Shown: positions 51,999-64,000 of the stretch, in pieces
Layout: the number at the start of each line of letters is the position of its first letter
Numbering within the stretch: the stretch's first letter is position 1
From: Eledone cirrhosa
Lineage: Eukaryota
Direction of reading: 5' to 3'
Assembly (NCBI GenBank): GCA_964016885.1
Contig: OZ024743.1
Span: forward strand, 125,984,001-126,048,000
DNA: 64,000 bases
The notes under the pieces: model-generated
Seen by the model: the letters and a program-made list of their open reading frames with translations, nothing else
Told to the model about the DNA's origin: nothing
Databases searched by the model: none
Made by a program: the position numbers and the translations under genes

Positions 51999-52650
51999 TG
52001 GAACTTCTTTTGAATCCAGCTTCTTTTTCATATGCCGAGTGTCAACTTGACATGTGAGGCAAAATTTGGTAATGCGCACATTTTGCAATCAATTGTTATA
52101 CAAATGATGTCATAAGAGCATCATTTGTATGACAACATTAAATCTCTTTGCAAGGTTTTTAAATTAATAAGCCCTTCTCAGGACATTGATAGTGCCAGTC
52201 AGCACTATTTTCTGTATCTTTTGCAGAGATGGCTTTCCAGGTATCCAGTCCAAATATTTTTCAATACCCTTTTTTATCTTTCCAAGTGCACTGACCATCA
52301 CTGGTATTGTACAGGCTTCAAGATACCATCGTTTCTCAATTTCAATTGTCAGATTTTTATATCTACTGAGTTTTCATAACTCTTTTGAGGAGATGTTACG
52401 ATCTGATGGAATGCTCATGTCAATTAAGAAGCATTTTTTCTTTCTATGGTCCTTCACAATTATATCACGTCTGTTGGCCTTGGTTGTTCTGTTGGTATTC
52501 ACAGTGGATTATCATATTCTCGCCTCCTATTACTGCATCTGGATGATGGTTGTACCATTTTCGCTCTGTTTTTATGCCATAAAACCTGCATATACTCGGT
52601 GTAAATTTCGCCCTACTCTAACATGCCTTATTTTATATTCCTGGGGAGCT
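51999..52650 (-). pseudogene. R4/Dong-clade RLE retrotransposon 3' fragment in (TTA)n
   Basis: Minus strand ANRRDIIVKD..CFLIDMSIPSDRNI..KLSRYKNL..IPVMVSALG; (TTA)n on both flanks, consistent with known Dong targeting of TAA repeats. Confidence 0.85.
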
Positions 52651-53939
52651 TATTATTATTATTATTATTATTATTACTACTATTATTAGACTGGATTAGC
52701 AGAATCATTGTGTTGGACACAACGCTTTGTGGCATTTATTTCAGCTCTTTACATTCTGGGTTGAAACCCTGCTGGAGTCGACTTAGAGTTAATAAAATAA
52801 AGTACCAGTCAAGTACCAGTTAAGTACTTGGATTGATTTAATTGATTTTCAACTCATCTAAAAACTGCTGGCTTTGTGCCAAAATCAAAAACCATTATAA
52901 TTATTATAATTATAATAGCATTATTATCACTATCAAATAAATTATTAACTTCCATCAAACATCTTATTTTAACAAGATTCTAATGATATATTTGGAGATA
53001 TTTACTAAAAGTCAGTTATTGGCTTTTTTTTATGCTTTATGCATTCCATATTTTCAAATGATAGCTAGTTGCGTGTGTGTGTATGTATGTATATATAGGT
53101 ATGTTTGTGTGCATATATATCAAGTTGTGTGAAGGTGCATAACTTAATGGTTTGCCATGCTGTCGTTCGGCAAGACACCTTATTTCGAATTTCTCCAGTC
53201 CTTTCAGTTGGGGAAAAAAAAAATAGTTGTACCTGTAATTCACAGAACCAGCCATGTTACACCCTTGTCATGCTGAATCTCCCTGAGAACTACGTTAAGG
53301 GTACAGATATCTGGACTTGCATGTTAATTTAATGAGTAGACTATTCCATTGATTGAATCAACTAGAACACTCATCAGAACTGACATATGTCCAACAGACA
53401 TATGTCAAGTTGTACATGTGTGTATGTATGATTATGTGCATGCATATTAGTTTGTACACGTGTTATGTTTATGTGCATATATATCAAGTTATATGTGTTC
53501 GTGTGCCTCTGTGTTCAGCAGTATATGTGTGTGTATTTATGTGTTTCTATTAGTTGATTATAAATTTCTGCTGTATATACAAAGTGATACAGGAATTTCC
53601 TCTAGATGAAGCTAGTAATTTCATTTGTTTATACAAGAAAACTAATTAGACAAAATCTTATTTCAAAGTTAAGTATATTGTATGTGTATATGTGTGCACA
53701 TCTGTATGTATATATGTAGACGTATATCTATATTTGTGCATATATCAATATGTATGCATGCATGCATCTAAATATATATATAATAAACAAACTTAGGATT
53801 CAAGAAGCACTGAGGGAATTTGAAGATGTGGGTATCCCAAATGCATAAAATGACTGTAATAACTGTCAATCAATATAAATAATACAGTAAAATAACTCTT
53901 AGAGACAGAACAAAGTAGACAGAAGCACCTTAATGCAGC

Positions 53940-54100
53940 AACCAACACCACACCGCTACCACCACCAACACCACACTGCTACCACCACCAACACCACACT
54001 GCTACCACCACCAACATCACACTGTTACCACCACCAACAACACAACACCACACCACACCACATCCACCGCTGCAACTTCCACCAACAACAGCAGCAGCAA
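53940..54100. repeat. Degenerate (CCA/CAA) repeat with a 21-bp period
   Basis: ACCACACTGCTACCACCACCA about four times. Confidence 0.85.
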
Positions 54101-54159
54101 AGATGAAATTAAATCATTTTATTGCTGACAAGTGTTTCTGAAAAAACAAATATCACTCT

Positions 54160-54570
54160 CATGTGCCAGCCAAAAGCTGCCTTATATCCAGGAAAAGTTT
54201 CCTAAAGAGCATCACACCCCTTGGAACATCGCTTGGAGTCACTTGCTGGGAAGAAAAACTTAACAACCTCCCATCTGTTACAACAATGGAGCTAAAGACA
54301 AGCGAGGTACTCCAGGAACAGATATAAACTATGCAGTGTGGAAATTCGTCAACAGATTAAGATCTGGTAAAATGGAGGTATTTAGAGGATGGGGACTTTG
54401 TATCTGACTGCGACATCAAACCACAGACTACGCAGCACCTTCTGATATACCCCTGCACAGTATTGGACTTGGCAGAATCTAATGAGAAAGGAGAGCAATG
54501 TGTTCAGCTGTGGTGGAACCACATCTAGCCAAGCTTTGTAGCTGACACTCTTGTGGACACGATAAGAACT
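54160..54570 (+). pseudogene. Ingi/Vingi LINE 3' remnant
   Basis: VWKFVNRLRSG, DC.IKPQTTQHLL and terminal GGACACGATAAGAA. Confidence 0.65.
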
Positions 54571-55131
54571 CAGATCTATTATGAATTATATATATTAAAA
54601 AATACTTTTATATATTACAATGTGATCTCTGACTTAAATGATAATTTTCGCGTCATCAGAGAAAATTTAAAATGATCTTCATTTATAGCAAAAAATATCA
54701 TTTTAATATGATTTAATTTCATTTTTGCTATTTGTTGTAGTATTATTATTGTGCTCTGTACCATCACATTCATACTTACATGACTACTGATTCTTAACTA
54801 AATTTACAGAATAAACCATTGATAAGAAGATTCATGCTGAGTGTGAATATGTATGGACATCAAAATATGTGTGTGTGTGTATTTATGTATATATAAAAAT
54901 ACATAACACTAACATTGAAAATGAAATTTTGAAAAGCTACTCATAGTTGAAACAGGCCAGTACAGAAACAAATTAGATAATCATGATCTTTTCTGCAGCC
55001 AACCCTTTTGTAAAAAGCTATAATTCATTTTGTATGAACTAATTTCTTTTTGTATGAACTAATTTCTTTTTGTTGTATACTGTAAATTTGCATGTGTATA
55101 TGAAACATTATATATATATATATATATATAA

Positions 55132-55320
55132 GGGCGGTGAATTGGCAGTATCGGTAGAGGGTTGGACGCCATGCTTTCCAGCATAGTTACGTCCCTTTAC
55201 AGTCTGAGTTCAAATCCTGCCGAGGTTAACTTTGCTTTTCATCCTTACGGGGTCGATAAAATAAAGTACCAGTAATGTACTGGGTAATTGCTGGCCTTGT
55301 GCCTAAAGTAGAAACAATTA
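55132..55320 (+). mobile_element. Family-2 SINE, full length
   Basis: GGCGGTGAATTGGCAG head, B-box GAGTTCAAATCC, Nin/Deu-like core, ends GAAACAATTA; (TA)n on both sides. Confidence 0.85.
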
Positions 55321-55328
55321 TATATATA

Positions 55329-55524
55329 TGTGAAAAATTCAGAACACCCCAATGGCTGAGCTCCAGTCACTTCAACAGCTAGATCCAAACTCAGATCTAG
55401 CTGTTGAAACAGCCGGAGCTCAGCTGTCAGGGTTCCGAATTTTTCATATTACCCATTCTACTACCCTAAGTATCGAGTACTCTGGTGAGTAATGGTCTAA
55501 CTGGTTTTTACTGGCTCCATTCTG
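55329..55524. mobile_element. Hairpin-plus-tail element in (TA)n, copy 2
   Basis: Hairpin at 55329-55448 and tail TATTACCCATTCTACTACCCTAAGTATCGAGTAC; homologous to 21938-22124. Confidence 0.75.
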
Positions 55525-56246
55525 ATATATATATATATAACACATATACGCACTGAAGGGTTGTTTCATGTACATAGAACATTTAAACATTAACTGAATA
55601 AGCACGAAATACATGGGAGGAGAGTGTAAGATTTATTGTATATATCTATCTCTTCCTTCCCTATCATCCTATCGCATTTCCCCGGCACACATGTACACAT
55701 ACTCTCTTCTCATTTAACCTTTTTGCCATCACTCCCCTTCAAATTATGTTCTTCAAACATAATTTCTGTAGTGTTGGTACCATGTTAAAATGCACCTAAT
55801 CTACTCTGTAACATAGTTGTCTAACCCATGCTAGTGTGGAAGATGGACGTTAAACGAAGATGATGATAGTTGATGATCAAATAGAGACATGGTAGGGTAG
55901 AGAGAGAGTTCATTATTCAAGGATACAACAACCTCTGAAGTGTTGACGCCATGATAAAATACATCTAGTACACTCTGTTAAGTGTATATTAGACAGGGCA
56001 TCCAGTTGTAGAAACCATACTAAAAATGGAATGTCTGATTGCAACATCATCTTGCCAGCCTGTTTACAAGGACAGTGACTCTGAATAAGAACTGATTTGA
56101 ACAATGCAGTTGGCATCAGGGAGGTTATCCAACTAAAGAATTCTGCCTTATTAAAGTCTTGTTCACTCCATGCCAGCATTGAAAAACAGATGCAGAACTA
56201 TTATGTTGATGATGATATGTGTGTGTGTGTATGCATATAGATATAT

Positions 56247-56318
<72 letters not shown>

Positions 56319-56412
56319 CAAGTATAGTGCAAACTTTTATGGTAAAACTTTTGCACAAAAAATATGGCTCACACTATATATATACAGGTATTGTTTAAAG
56401 GGGTTGGCATTT

Positions 56413-56497
56413 ATGCATTTTTGGAGACTAACCTACCTGGTAGGCTTAATTTATCTCTTCATGGTACCATCACAAGTGGCTAATCTTAATAGTACTG
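56413..56497 (+). CDS. Candidate signal-peptide exon MHFWRLTYLVGLIYLFMVPSQVANLNST, phase 1
   Basis: n/h/c-region pattern of a signal peptide, N-S-T sequon, donor CTG|GTAAGC; possible acceptor ATACAG at 56387. Confidence 0.4.
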
Positions 56498-56842
56498 GTA
56501 AGCTCCTTTGACATGCCTCCTGAAGCCTAGATTCCTTCATTCTGTTGCTACATGAAGAACAAAACATCATTCACTGTTTGTTGCTTAAAATATATAAATA
56601 TCATATATATGAATAAACAATTAACAATAGATTTTTTTTCCTTTCTGAAATTTGTTTGTCTCTTAGTATTCATATCACTAAGGTATTTTTTAGTCATATA
56701 CCATATAGTCAGTATTTGTGTTCCTCATTCTGTCTTTCTTTGCTGATTTATATTTATTTCATTCTTTACATTTAATGGTATTATTTTATCTCATTTCTCT
56801 TAGTTATATATTCTTCAAATATTTTGATAATATATAATAAAT

Positions 56843-57025
56843 AATTGTTTCTACTTTTGGCACAAGGCCAGCAATTACCAGTGCATTACTGGTACTTTAT
56901 TTTATCGACCCCGTAAGGATGAAAGACAAAGTTAACCTCGGCGGGATTTGAACTTAGAATGGCAAGGGCCGTAACTCTTTGTATCAGAGCATGGTGTCCG
57001 ACCCTCTACCGATACTGCCAATCCA
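56843..57025 (-). mobile_element. Family-2 SINE
   Basis: Reverse complement of 55132-55320; ATAAATAAT on both sides (putative TSD). Confidence 0.85.
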
Positions 57026-58077
57026 GATAAATAATGCTCACATTTCAATTCTAGTCGCTTTATGTATGGTATACAATAACAATATCGTTAGGAATTAACA
57101 TAAATTGAGGAACATTATAAAAGTATATCCCACTTTTATTATGTAAACTATACACAGATTATTACATGCTACAGGAATATATTTTTTATTATACAACAAA
57201 TAAAATATTTCTGTTACTGAACATTTATTAATTAAAGGCAATAGAAATCTGTTCTTCATTGTCTTCATCAGCAAATTATGTTTGCTGGCCGTCTGAGCAC
57301 TCAATGGACTCAGTACTTTTGCTTTGAATACCAACCCAGTCTGCTGATGACCCATCCAATGTCACTGGTATAGTCATTTCACAAGAACCAACTTCCATGC
57401 ATTGGAGATACTCATCTTTACTCCTTTACTACATAAGACTGCATTAGCAAGACATTCTTAAACAGTACAAAACAGCACTGTGACTACACCACATTAAAAA
57501 TTAAAGCATTTGCCCGAACACTACAAATTTTCATAATGATCTGTCTTCTAGTAAAGACACTATAAACATTTGAATTGACAAACCTGTTTTTAGAAATTTT
57601 CTACTCAATCATTACAGGATGTTAAGAATTAAAGGAATGCACCACAGTTTCTAGACTATTTCCCCATTCCCGAAGAACCTGTTTAGAAATAGTTCCTACA
57701 GTTGTAGTCTGTATGTTTGCTCTCTTTGTTAATGTCTTACTCCTTTCAATCATCTAGATTTCCCATAGCGTCCTTAAAAGGTTCATAGTTACAGTGTTGA
57801 TTAGACCTCCAGGATCATTACTACATCCTTGAGAAAGGAAAAAAGAAAGCAATTGTTAATTCTGCATTTATATAAGGTAAACTAAAGTGGCATACATAGT
57901 GGATGAGATTTTGCTTCATGCATAGGAACGGAAAGAAGTATAATGCAGCCCTAGCTTTTAACCAATACAAGGACAATCAGTATTTTTACAGAAAATAAGG
58001 GTAGCATTAGGCATGAAATAGTGAAATAGGCTTATACATATAAGTATATAGTATATACTGTGTGTGTGTATAAATAT

Positions 58078-58995
58078 ATCATCATCATACATCCATTGTT
58101 CCACACTTGCATGGGCTGTCCTCAGTACAGCATCTCTCCCCTTACAGTATTCCTTTGTCATCTCCTCCATGAGCTTTAGTGATCTGAAATCAGTTCTCAC
58201 CACTTCCATCTAGGCCTTCCTTGTCTTCCTCTACTGCAGCCCCCTTCGGTTGGGATTATTTGGCATTTTTCTACCCAGTGATCATCATCAATGTGCATCA
58301 TATAACCATACCAACGCAGTCTCCTCTACTATACACTACTTCTGATTCCTCTTATACCCAGTTTCTTCCTCAGTTTATCCATGCTTCGTTGTTCTCTCAT
58401 ATTAACATTGCACATCCAGCAAAGCATGCTTTCGTTTGTTAGGAGAAACCTTTTATTGCAAGGGTAGCAATTCCCTAAACTTCTTCCATCCTGTCTTTAT
58501 TCTTCAGACAGCACCTTCCTCCACTATTAATTATGTCACTGAGGTAGCAGAAACTATCAACCACTTTTATGGATCCTTCCTGGAATTAGAAAAGGTTTAT
58601 ATTATTGATTTTATTATTAGCACTCTTACTATCAATTGTCCCTGAACATTTACTACATACAAAGTCTTCTTTTTCTGTTAGTCTGCCTGTTATCCCACTA
58701 CACCTTTTATGTACTTGAGATTTGTATTGTGTATATCATATAGAGTTTATGCTTACTCCTTTTCTACATATGATGAGATTGGTGCCCTATCTGATAAATA
58801 TTTTGATTTTTGCTAACTTTACTGTAAGTCCTTTTGATTCTAAGTTCTGTTTCTACAGCCAGAATTTATTCTCTAGTTCTTCCACAGATTCAGATCATCA
58901 ACATATAGAAGTTCACAAGGGAAACCTGTCTTAAACTCTTCTATTATGGCCCGGAGGACTAGGATAAACAGAAGTGGGTTTAGAACTGAACCCTG
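58078..58995 (-). pseudogene. Degraded RTE family A
   Basis: QGSVLNPLLFILVL, PHD remnant (HKRCSGITGRL), RLRWYG, (GAT)n tail. Confidence 0.8.
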
Positions 58996-59030
58996 AATTC
59001 CTCACTAAACTCACTTCATATATATATATA

Positions 59031-60082
59031 TCTGTATATATATAAAATTAAGTATGTGCGTGTGTCTGTCTGTCTGTCTGTGTATTACATATAGAGGCCT
59101 ACATCTTACGACTGATTTTCATGAAACTTTATAGGCTCATAGATTAGTCATCAGGGAGTCTTTTCTATATATCAGCATATCGTTTTTTTTATTCCGGGGT
59201 CATTCTGCAGATAAAAATCGATAGGTGGGGGTCACCTTTTTTTAGGTATCGAAAAATAAGATTTTGGGCTCTAGCTCCCTCATTTTGCCACCGATTTTGT
59301 TCAAATTTTAAAGCAAAATAGAATTTATCATTGCACATCTTGTAATGGCTTTATATTTTGCATTTGTTGTTCAGGGACGGCGTGGCAGCCGCTTAAATAT
59401 TAAAAAAATACCACTTTTTCGGCTCTAGCTACTTTGTTCAAATTTTACACTATGCTAGATCTGATTATTTCACGTCTTAAAGTGGCTTTATATTTTTGAT
59501 TTTTTTGTTCAGGAACGGCGTGGCAGCCACTTAAATATTCGAAAATAACACCTTTTTGCTCAAATTTCTACCTTTTCGGCTCTAGCTCCCACATTTTTCA
59601 ACCGATTTCGTTCAAATTCGAAACTTCGGCTCCACCTCACACATAAAGCAATTTATTTGGTTCAACTTTTATACTACGATAGAACCTATCATTGCACATC
59701 TTATAGTAGCTTTACACTTTGTATTGTTTGTTCAGGGACGGCGTGACAGCCGTTTAACTCTTCAAAATACAATTTTTTCCACCTCCCACATATTCCATAC
59801 GATTTCACTCAACATTTCGCCATTTGCTACACCTTACGACCGATTTTCAAGAAACTCGCAGTCACTAAGATCAACATCGGTAGAGGGTTGGGCGCCATAC
59901 TTTCTAGCATAGTTACGTCCCTTTACAGTCTGAGTTCAAATCCCACCGAGGTTAACTTTGCCTTTCATCCTTACGGGGTTGATAAAATAAAGTACCAGTA
60001 ATGTACTGGGTAATTGCTGGCCTTGTGCCAAAAGTAGAAACAATTATTTTACCTACCCAGGCAACGCTGGGTACTGCTGCTA

Positions 60083-60083
<1 letters not shown>
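59031..60083 (+). mobile_element. Non-autonomous Helitron with internal degenerate repeats and a family-2 SINE segment (59875-60046)
   Basis: A|TC 5' end, (TGTC)n, 3' hairpin ACCCAG-GCAACG-CTGGGT then CTAG|T; TTGTTCAGG(G/A)ACGGCGTG three times. Confidence 0.8.
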
Positions 60084-60121
<38 letters not shown>

Positions 60122-60512
60122 GGTCAAGAAAGATTTGTAAATATGTGAGTCAGTGTGTGTTATTCATGCTATGAGTAGACATATCTTGCTATTTTTATTG
60201 GAATGTTACACAACTATTCCTCATTTTTAAAGGTGTTCCTTATTTTCAAAGGTCTGCCTTTGCTTTGCCCATCTCTATTACTATTTGTCACTTGCTCTAT
60301 CTTTCTCTTTCTCCCCTCTCTTTCCCTCCTATCTTTCTCTCTTACTGACAAACATGGTAGTTGCTATCACTTTCTCTCTTTAGTTGCTATCACTTTCTCT
60401 CACTGCCCCAGTCCCTCTGTTTCTGCCATCATACTCTTTCTTTCACCCCCGCCCCAATATATCTTGGTTTGTTTTCTGTAATTTCTTTCTCAATTATTAA
60501 TCCATGCACTAG

Positions 60513-61214
60513 AGTATAACTGTAACTATTGACTGCCCTTCCAAACACCCTAACAATAGACTACCTGTGTTAGACACGGAACTCTGGATTAACACTATAG
60601 ACAAGCGGGCCCAAATTCTCCACTCGCACTACGCTAAACCTATGGCCTCCAAATACCTGATACTCAAAAACTCAGCAATATCCAGTAGTACTAAGTTTAA
60701 TATTCTGATCGCAGACTTGGTACGAGTGATGAAGAACGTATCCCGCATGTGCAACCCAACAGAAATGGAAAGACACATCCAACATTTCATCAACCGCATG
60801 CAGTTCTCTGGCTACAACCAAAGAGACAGAATCAGAGTATACAAAGGAGCCACAGAGAAGTATAAGACCCTCATAGAACTGGACATGAAAGGAATTTGCC
60901 CATTATACAGGAGCAAATCATGGAATAGCTTAGATAGGATTAAACATAAGATAGGGAAAGCCACCTCATGGTACGACAACCAGAGATACCAGAGTGTCAT
61001 GTCCGTGGATGCTACCCCTGGAGGGAAATTAGCTAACCAATGTAGAAAGGCCCTAAGAAAGACCCACTTAAAGATTAAAGTGGTAGAAAAGCCAGGAACT
61101 ACCATAACATCCCTGATCAGCAAAACATACCCTTTTAAGAAAACCCACTGTACTAATAAGAAATGTGTTATATGTAAAGTAAACCCCCAGATAAACTGTA
61201 AAACTAGAAATGTA
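60513..61214 (+). pseudogene. Penelope-like element fragment (RT C-terminus/thumb, linker, Cys cluster before GIY-YIG); uninterrupted frame
   Basis: DCPSKHPNNRLPVLD, HYAKPMAS, RMQFSGY, PLYRSKSW, TPGGKLA, IKVVEKPG, C-x4-C-x2-C-x7-C, then NVV. Confidence 0.75.
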
Positions 61215-62400
61215 GTTTGTAGGAAGGAAAATAGGGCTCTGGTCCCATCTGGGAAATGGCCATGCTCAGTGTGTAGGAAAGGAGTAGGCAGAAACTCCAC
61301 TTTATGTCCCAAATACAAAGTATGGGTGCATAAAAGATGTAGTGGGATCACAGGTAAGCTAACTAAGAATATAGATTATATATGTGGCCGGTGCTCAGGT
61401 GCAAGTGCCCACAGAATACTAGCTCATTCCATTGCACAGATCGTTCTATAGAAATAGTGGACAGCTTCCGTTACCTGGGTGACAAAATCAGCAGTGGTGG
61501 AGGGTGCTCTGAAAGTACAGTAGCTAGAGTCAGAACGGGATGGAAAAAGTTCAGAGAGCTTATACCACTATTGGCCGCTAAAGGGTTCTCTCTAAAAATG
61601 AAAGGCAGGCTGTATGATGCCTGCATACGAACAGCAATGTTACATGGCAGTGAGACCTGGGCATTGTGTGCAGAGGATATACGCAGACTGGAGAGGAACG
61701 AAGCTTGCATGCTCTGTTGGATGTGTAATAGTAATATACGTGAACTAAGGGAGAAATTAGGAATAAGAGAGATCAGATGTTGTTTACTCGAGAGAAGACT
61801 ACGTTGGTACGGTCACGTGATGCGCATGAAAGACGACAGCTGTATAAAAAAGTGCAGGGCGATAAAAATAGACGGTAGCCACGGAGTAGGCAGACCCAGA
61901 AAAACCTGGGACGACTTGATAAATTCCGACCTCACACACTTACACCTCTCCAAGACAATGTCACTGGACCGAGATCTTTGGCGCTACAGAGTAACACAGA
62001 AGACCCGCCTTGCCTAAGTACAAAGCAAAACCTACAGTCAGTAGGCACCTCCAACAAAAATACACCCCCCGTCCCACTACCCCCACCCATCCACACCACC
62101 CCCTTCAATGTAAAGTTATGTTGGTACCACAACATCCAGTCCGAAATAAATGAGGTCGTGTAGGTGTCACGACAAAAAAAACACACAGTCCACGCTGTAA
62201 TGTAGTGGTGTAGGTAACACGGTAAAAACCTCCCAGTCCACACTGTAAACGTGGTTGGTGATAGGAAGGGCATCCAGCCGTAGAAAAACCGTCAGACAGT
62301 CCTATACGAGCAAGACAACCAATCTTGCCTCACGTGGGAAAATTCCCGTCCAAACCCATGCAAGCGTGGAAGATGGACGTTAAACGATGATGATGATGAT
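61215..62400 (+). pseudogene. RTE family A 3' part (PHD finger, RT end, 3'UTR, (GAT)n tail)
   Basis: GKWPCSVCRKGVG, DSFRYLGD, LHGSETW, RLRWYGHVMR, GRPRKTW; one frameshift near 61400; tail GATGATGATGAT. Confidence 0.95.
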
Positions 62401-64000
62401 ACACACACACACATTTACACACATAAACCTATTTAAACATTTTAATATTTGATAAATCCATGGTATAAAATTGAAGCTATTGTATAGAATATTCTGGAAT
62501 TGTATCGTACACTAGTACAGTAGTACAGTAGTGTAGTAGTATACTAGTCCATAATGGAGAGCCTACGGTGTTTTTTTAATGAAGTGGTAACAAGAAAGAC
62601 ATCTGTTATTAAGGTGTGCTAAGATAGTAACTATAGCTAGACAGTAGGACAATGGCGTGTATGTTTACTACCTATGGTTATATAATACTAGATGATATGT
62701 AGATATATGTGTGTCATCTTCCTTCCGATAGTTATCTCTCAGAATTCTGTCTTGAGAGGTATGAATGACCACCACTGAAATAATTTAGTTTTTAGTGTGT
62801 GTGCTGGAAATTGAGAATGTATCAGTTACTAATTACTTCCTATCATTATATCCCATCATCGTCACCACCACCACCACCACCAGCAACACCCTTTTACGTT
62901 GGTGCTTCTATGCTGTGTATTTTCTGTATGTACATGTGTGTATGTCTGTATATGTGTTTGTAATATCTAATAATGTAAATAAATATATACGTTATACATG
63001 TATATATATATGTGTGTGTGTGTGTGTGTATGTATGTGTGTATACATGTTTGTGTGTAATATCTGGATGCATATGTGTTTGTGTGGGTAATGTGTGTATG
63101 TGTGTGGTTGTTAGTGCATGTGTGTGTGTGTGTAATTTACATAATTATAGAGAAGGCAGAGTGGCACCAGAGGCAACAGTACCACATGCAGCAGTAGCGT
63201 AGTCAACACATGACAAGAGGTAAAGTTGTACATCAACCATAATAATATACTATGTGTGTTTCTATATTTATTTAGAATCTTTCAAATTTACACATACAAT
63301 GCATTTCCTACCTCAATTATGTCACTACATTAAGAAAACTGCTTTTCAATCACGAGGTCATGGTTTCTAACCCTACATTTTCCCTAATAGTTGTTTCTCC
63401 AAAGATACTCATACATTTAATTTGTCCATATATGCTGAACATTTATTTAATTATATGTTAGAAATAAATTATTAAAATATCATTCTTATCTTTCATCATT
63501 TCCATATGTCAGTAACCAACATAAGATATAGAGATTATCATATGCAAACCATTACTTCATCAAAAAGCACGTTTCCCAGTTTGTATGATTGTTCATATAT
63601 CCGGTAATCCTGAGATATATGGCATACCAATCCTGGACTCTAACAATTAAATATGTTCAACACTACAACTATCATTATTGATGGCACAGGGCCACTAATA
63701 TATATAACTGATGGTGATATTGATAGTGTATTTGTTGACACACAAAGACATGCACATCACACAAACACACAGGATACGACTATCATTGAAACATCCAAGA
63801 AACCTCCTAAGAGATGAAACATCATAGTAGCTGACTAAACCTACACTGGTATGAGCTATAACAACACACATGCATGCACGCACACACCCTCATAAACTCA
63901 CATGCAAACACATACATAACACACATGAACTTGCATACTTATATGGGCATACATTTGCATATGTACAGGAATGTGCCTGTCACACGAAAATTGAAGAATT

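Noticed and set aside
54810-54850. Possible small exon NKPLIRRFMLSVN after TTTACAG
   Set aside because: Weak polypyrimidine tract and ambiguous donor; expected by chance in AT-rich DNA
57240-57640. Minus-strand ORF 57095-57355 as a host exon
   Set aside because: The adjoining sequence (57430-57640) is similar to 24420-24650, so the region is probably an old unclassified interspersed repeat

Overview
AT-rich, repeat-dense animal genomic DNA. The SINE families, RTE LINEs with (GAT)n tails and abundant (TA)n/(CA)n suggest a cephalopod such as octopus, but this is inference. The window looks intronic or intergenic, and no complete host gene is visible. Most ORFs in the track are microsatellite artefacts or transposon debris. 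Retroelements: two RTE families (one with a C4HC3 PHD finger inside the RT), a GC-rich CRE-clade RLE element, an R4/Dong fragment in (TTA)n, Vingi and CR1-like 3' ends, a Penelope-like fragment fused in frame to an RTE, and tRNA-derived SINEs. DNA elements: a decayed full-length mariner, a Tc2/pogo-like element, two TTAA-flanked MITE families and two non-autonomous Helitrons. Tandem repeats: a ~430 bp (AC)n and a 4.7 kb 50/51-bp satellite. Highlights: (1) a non-coding Penelope-like element at 11.3-12.0 kb carrying two minimal type-I hammerhead ribozymes on opposite strands; (2) a hairpin element family in (TA)n with compensatory arm changes; (3) a nested RTE>Helitron>CRE insertion; (4) candidate + strand exons that could be alternative N-termini (basic/Cys-rich versus signal peptide) of one unidentified gene.
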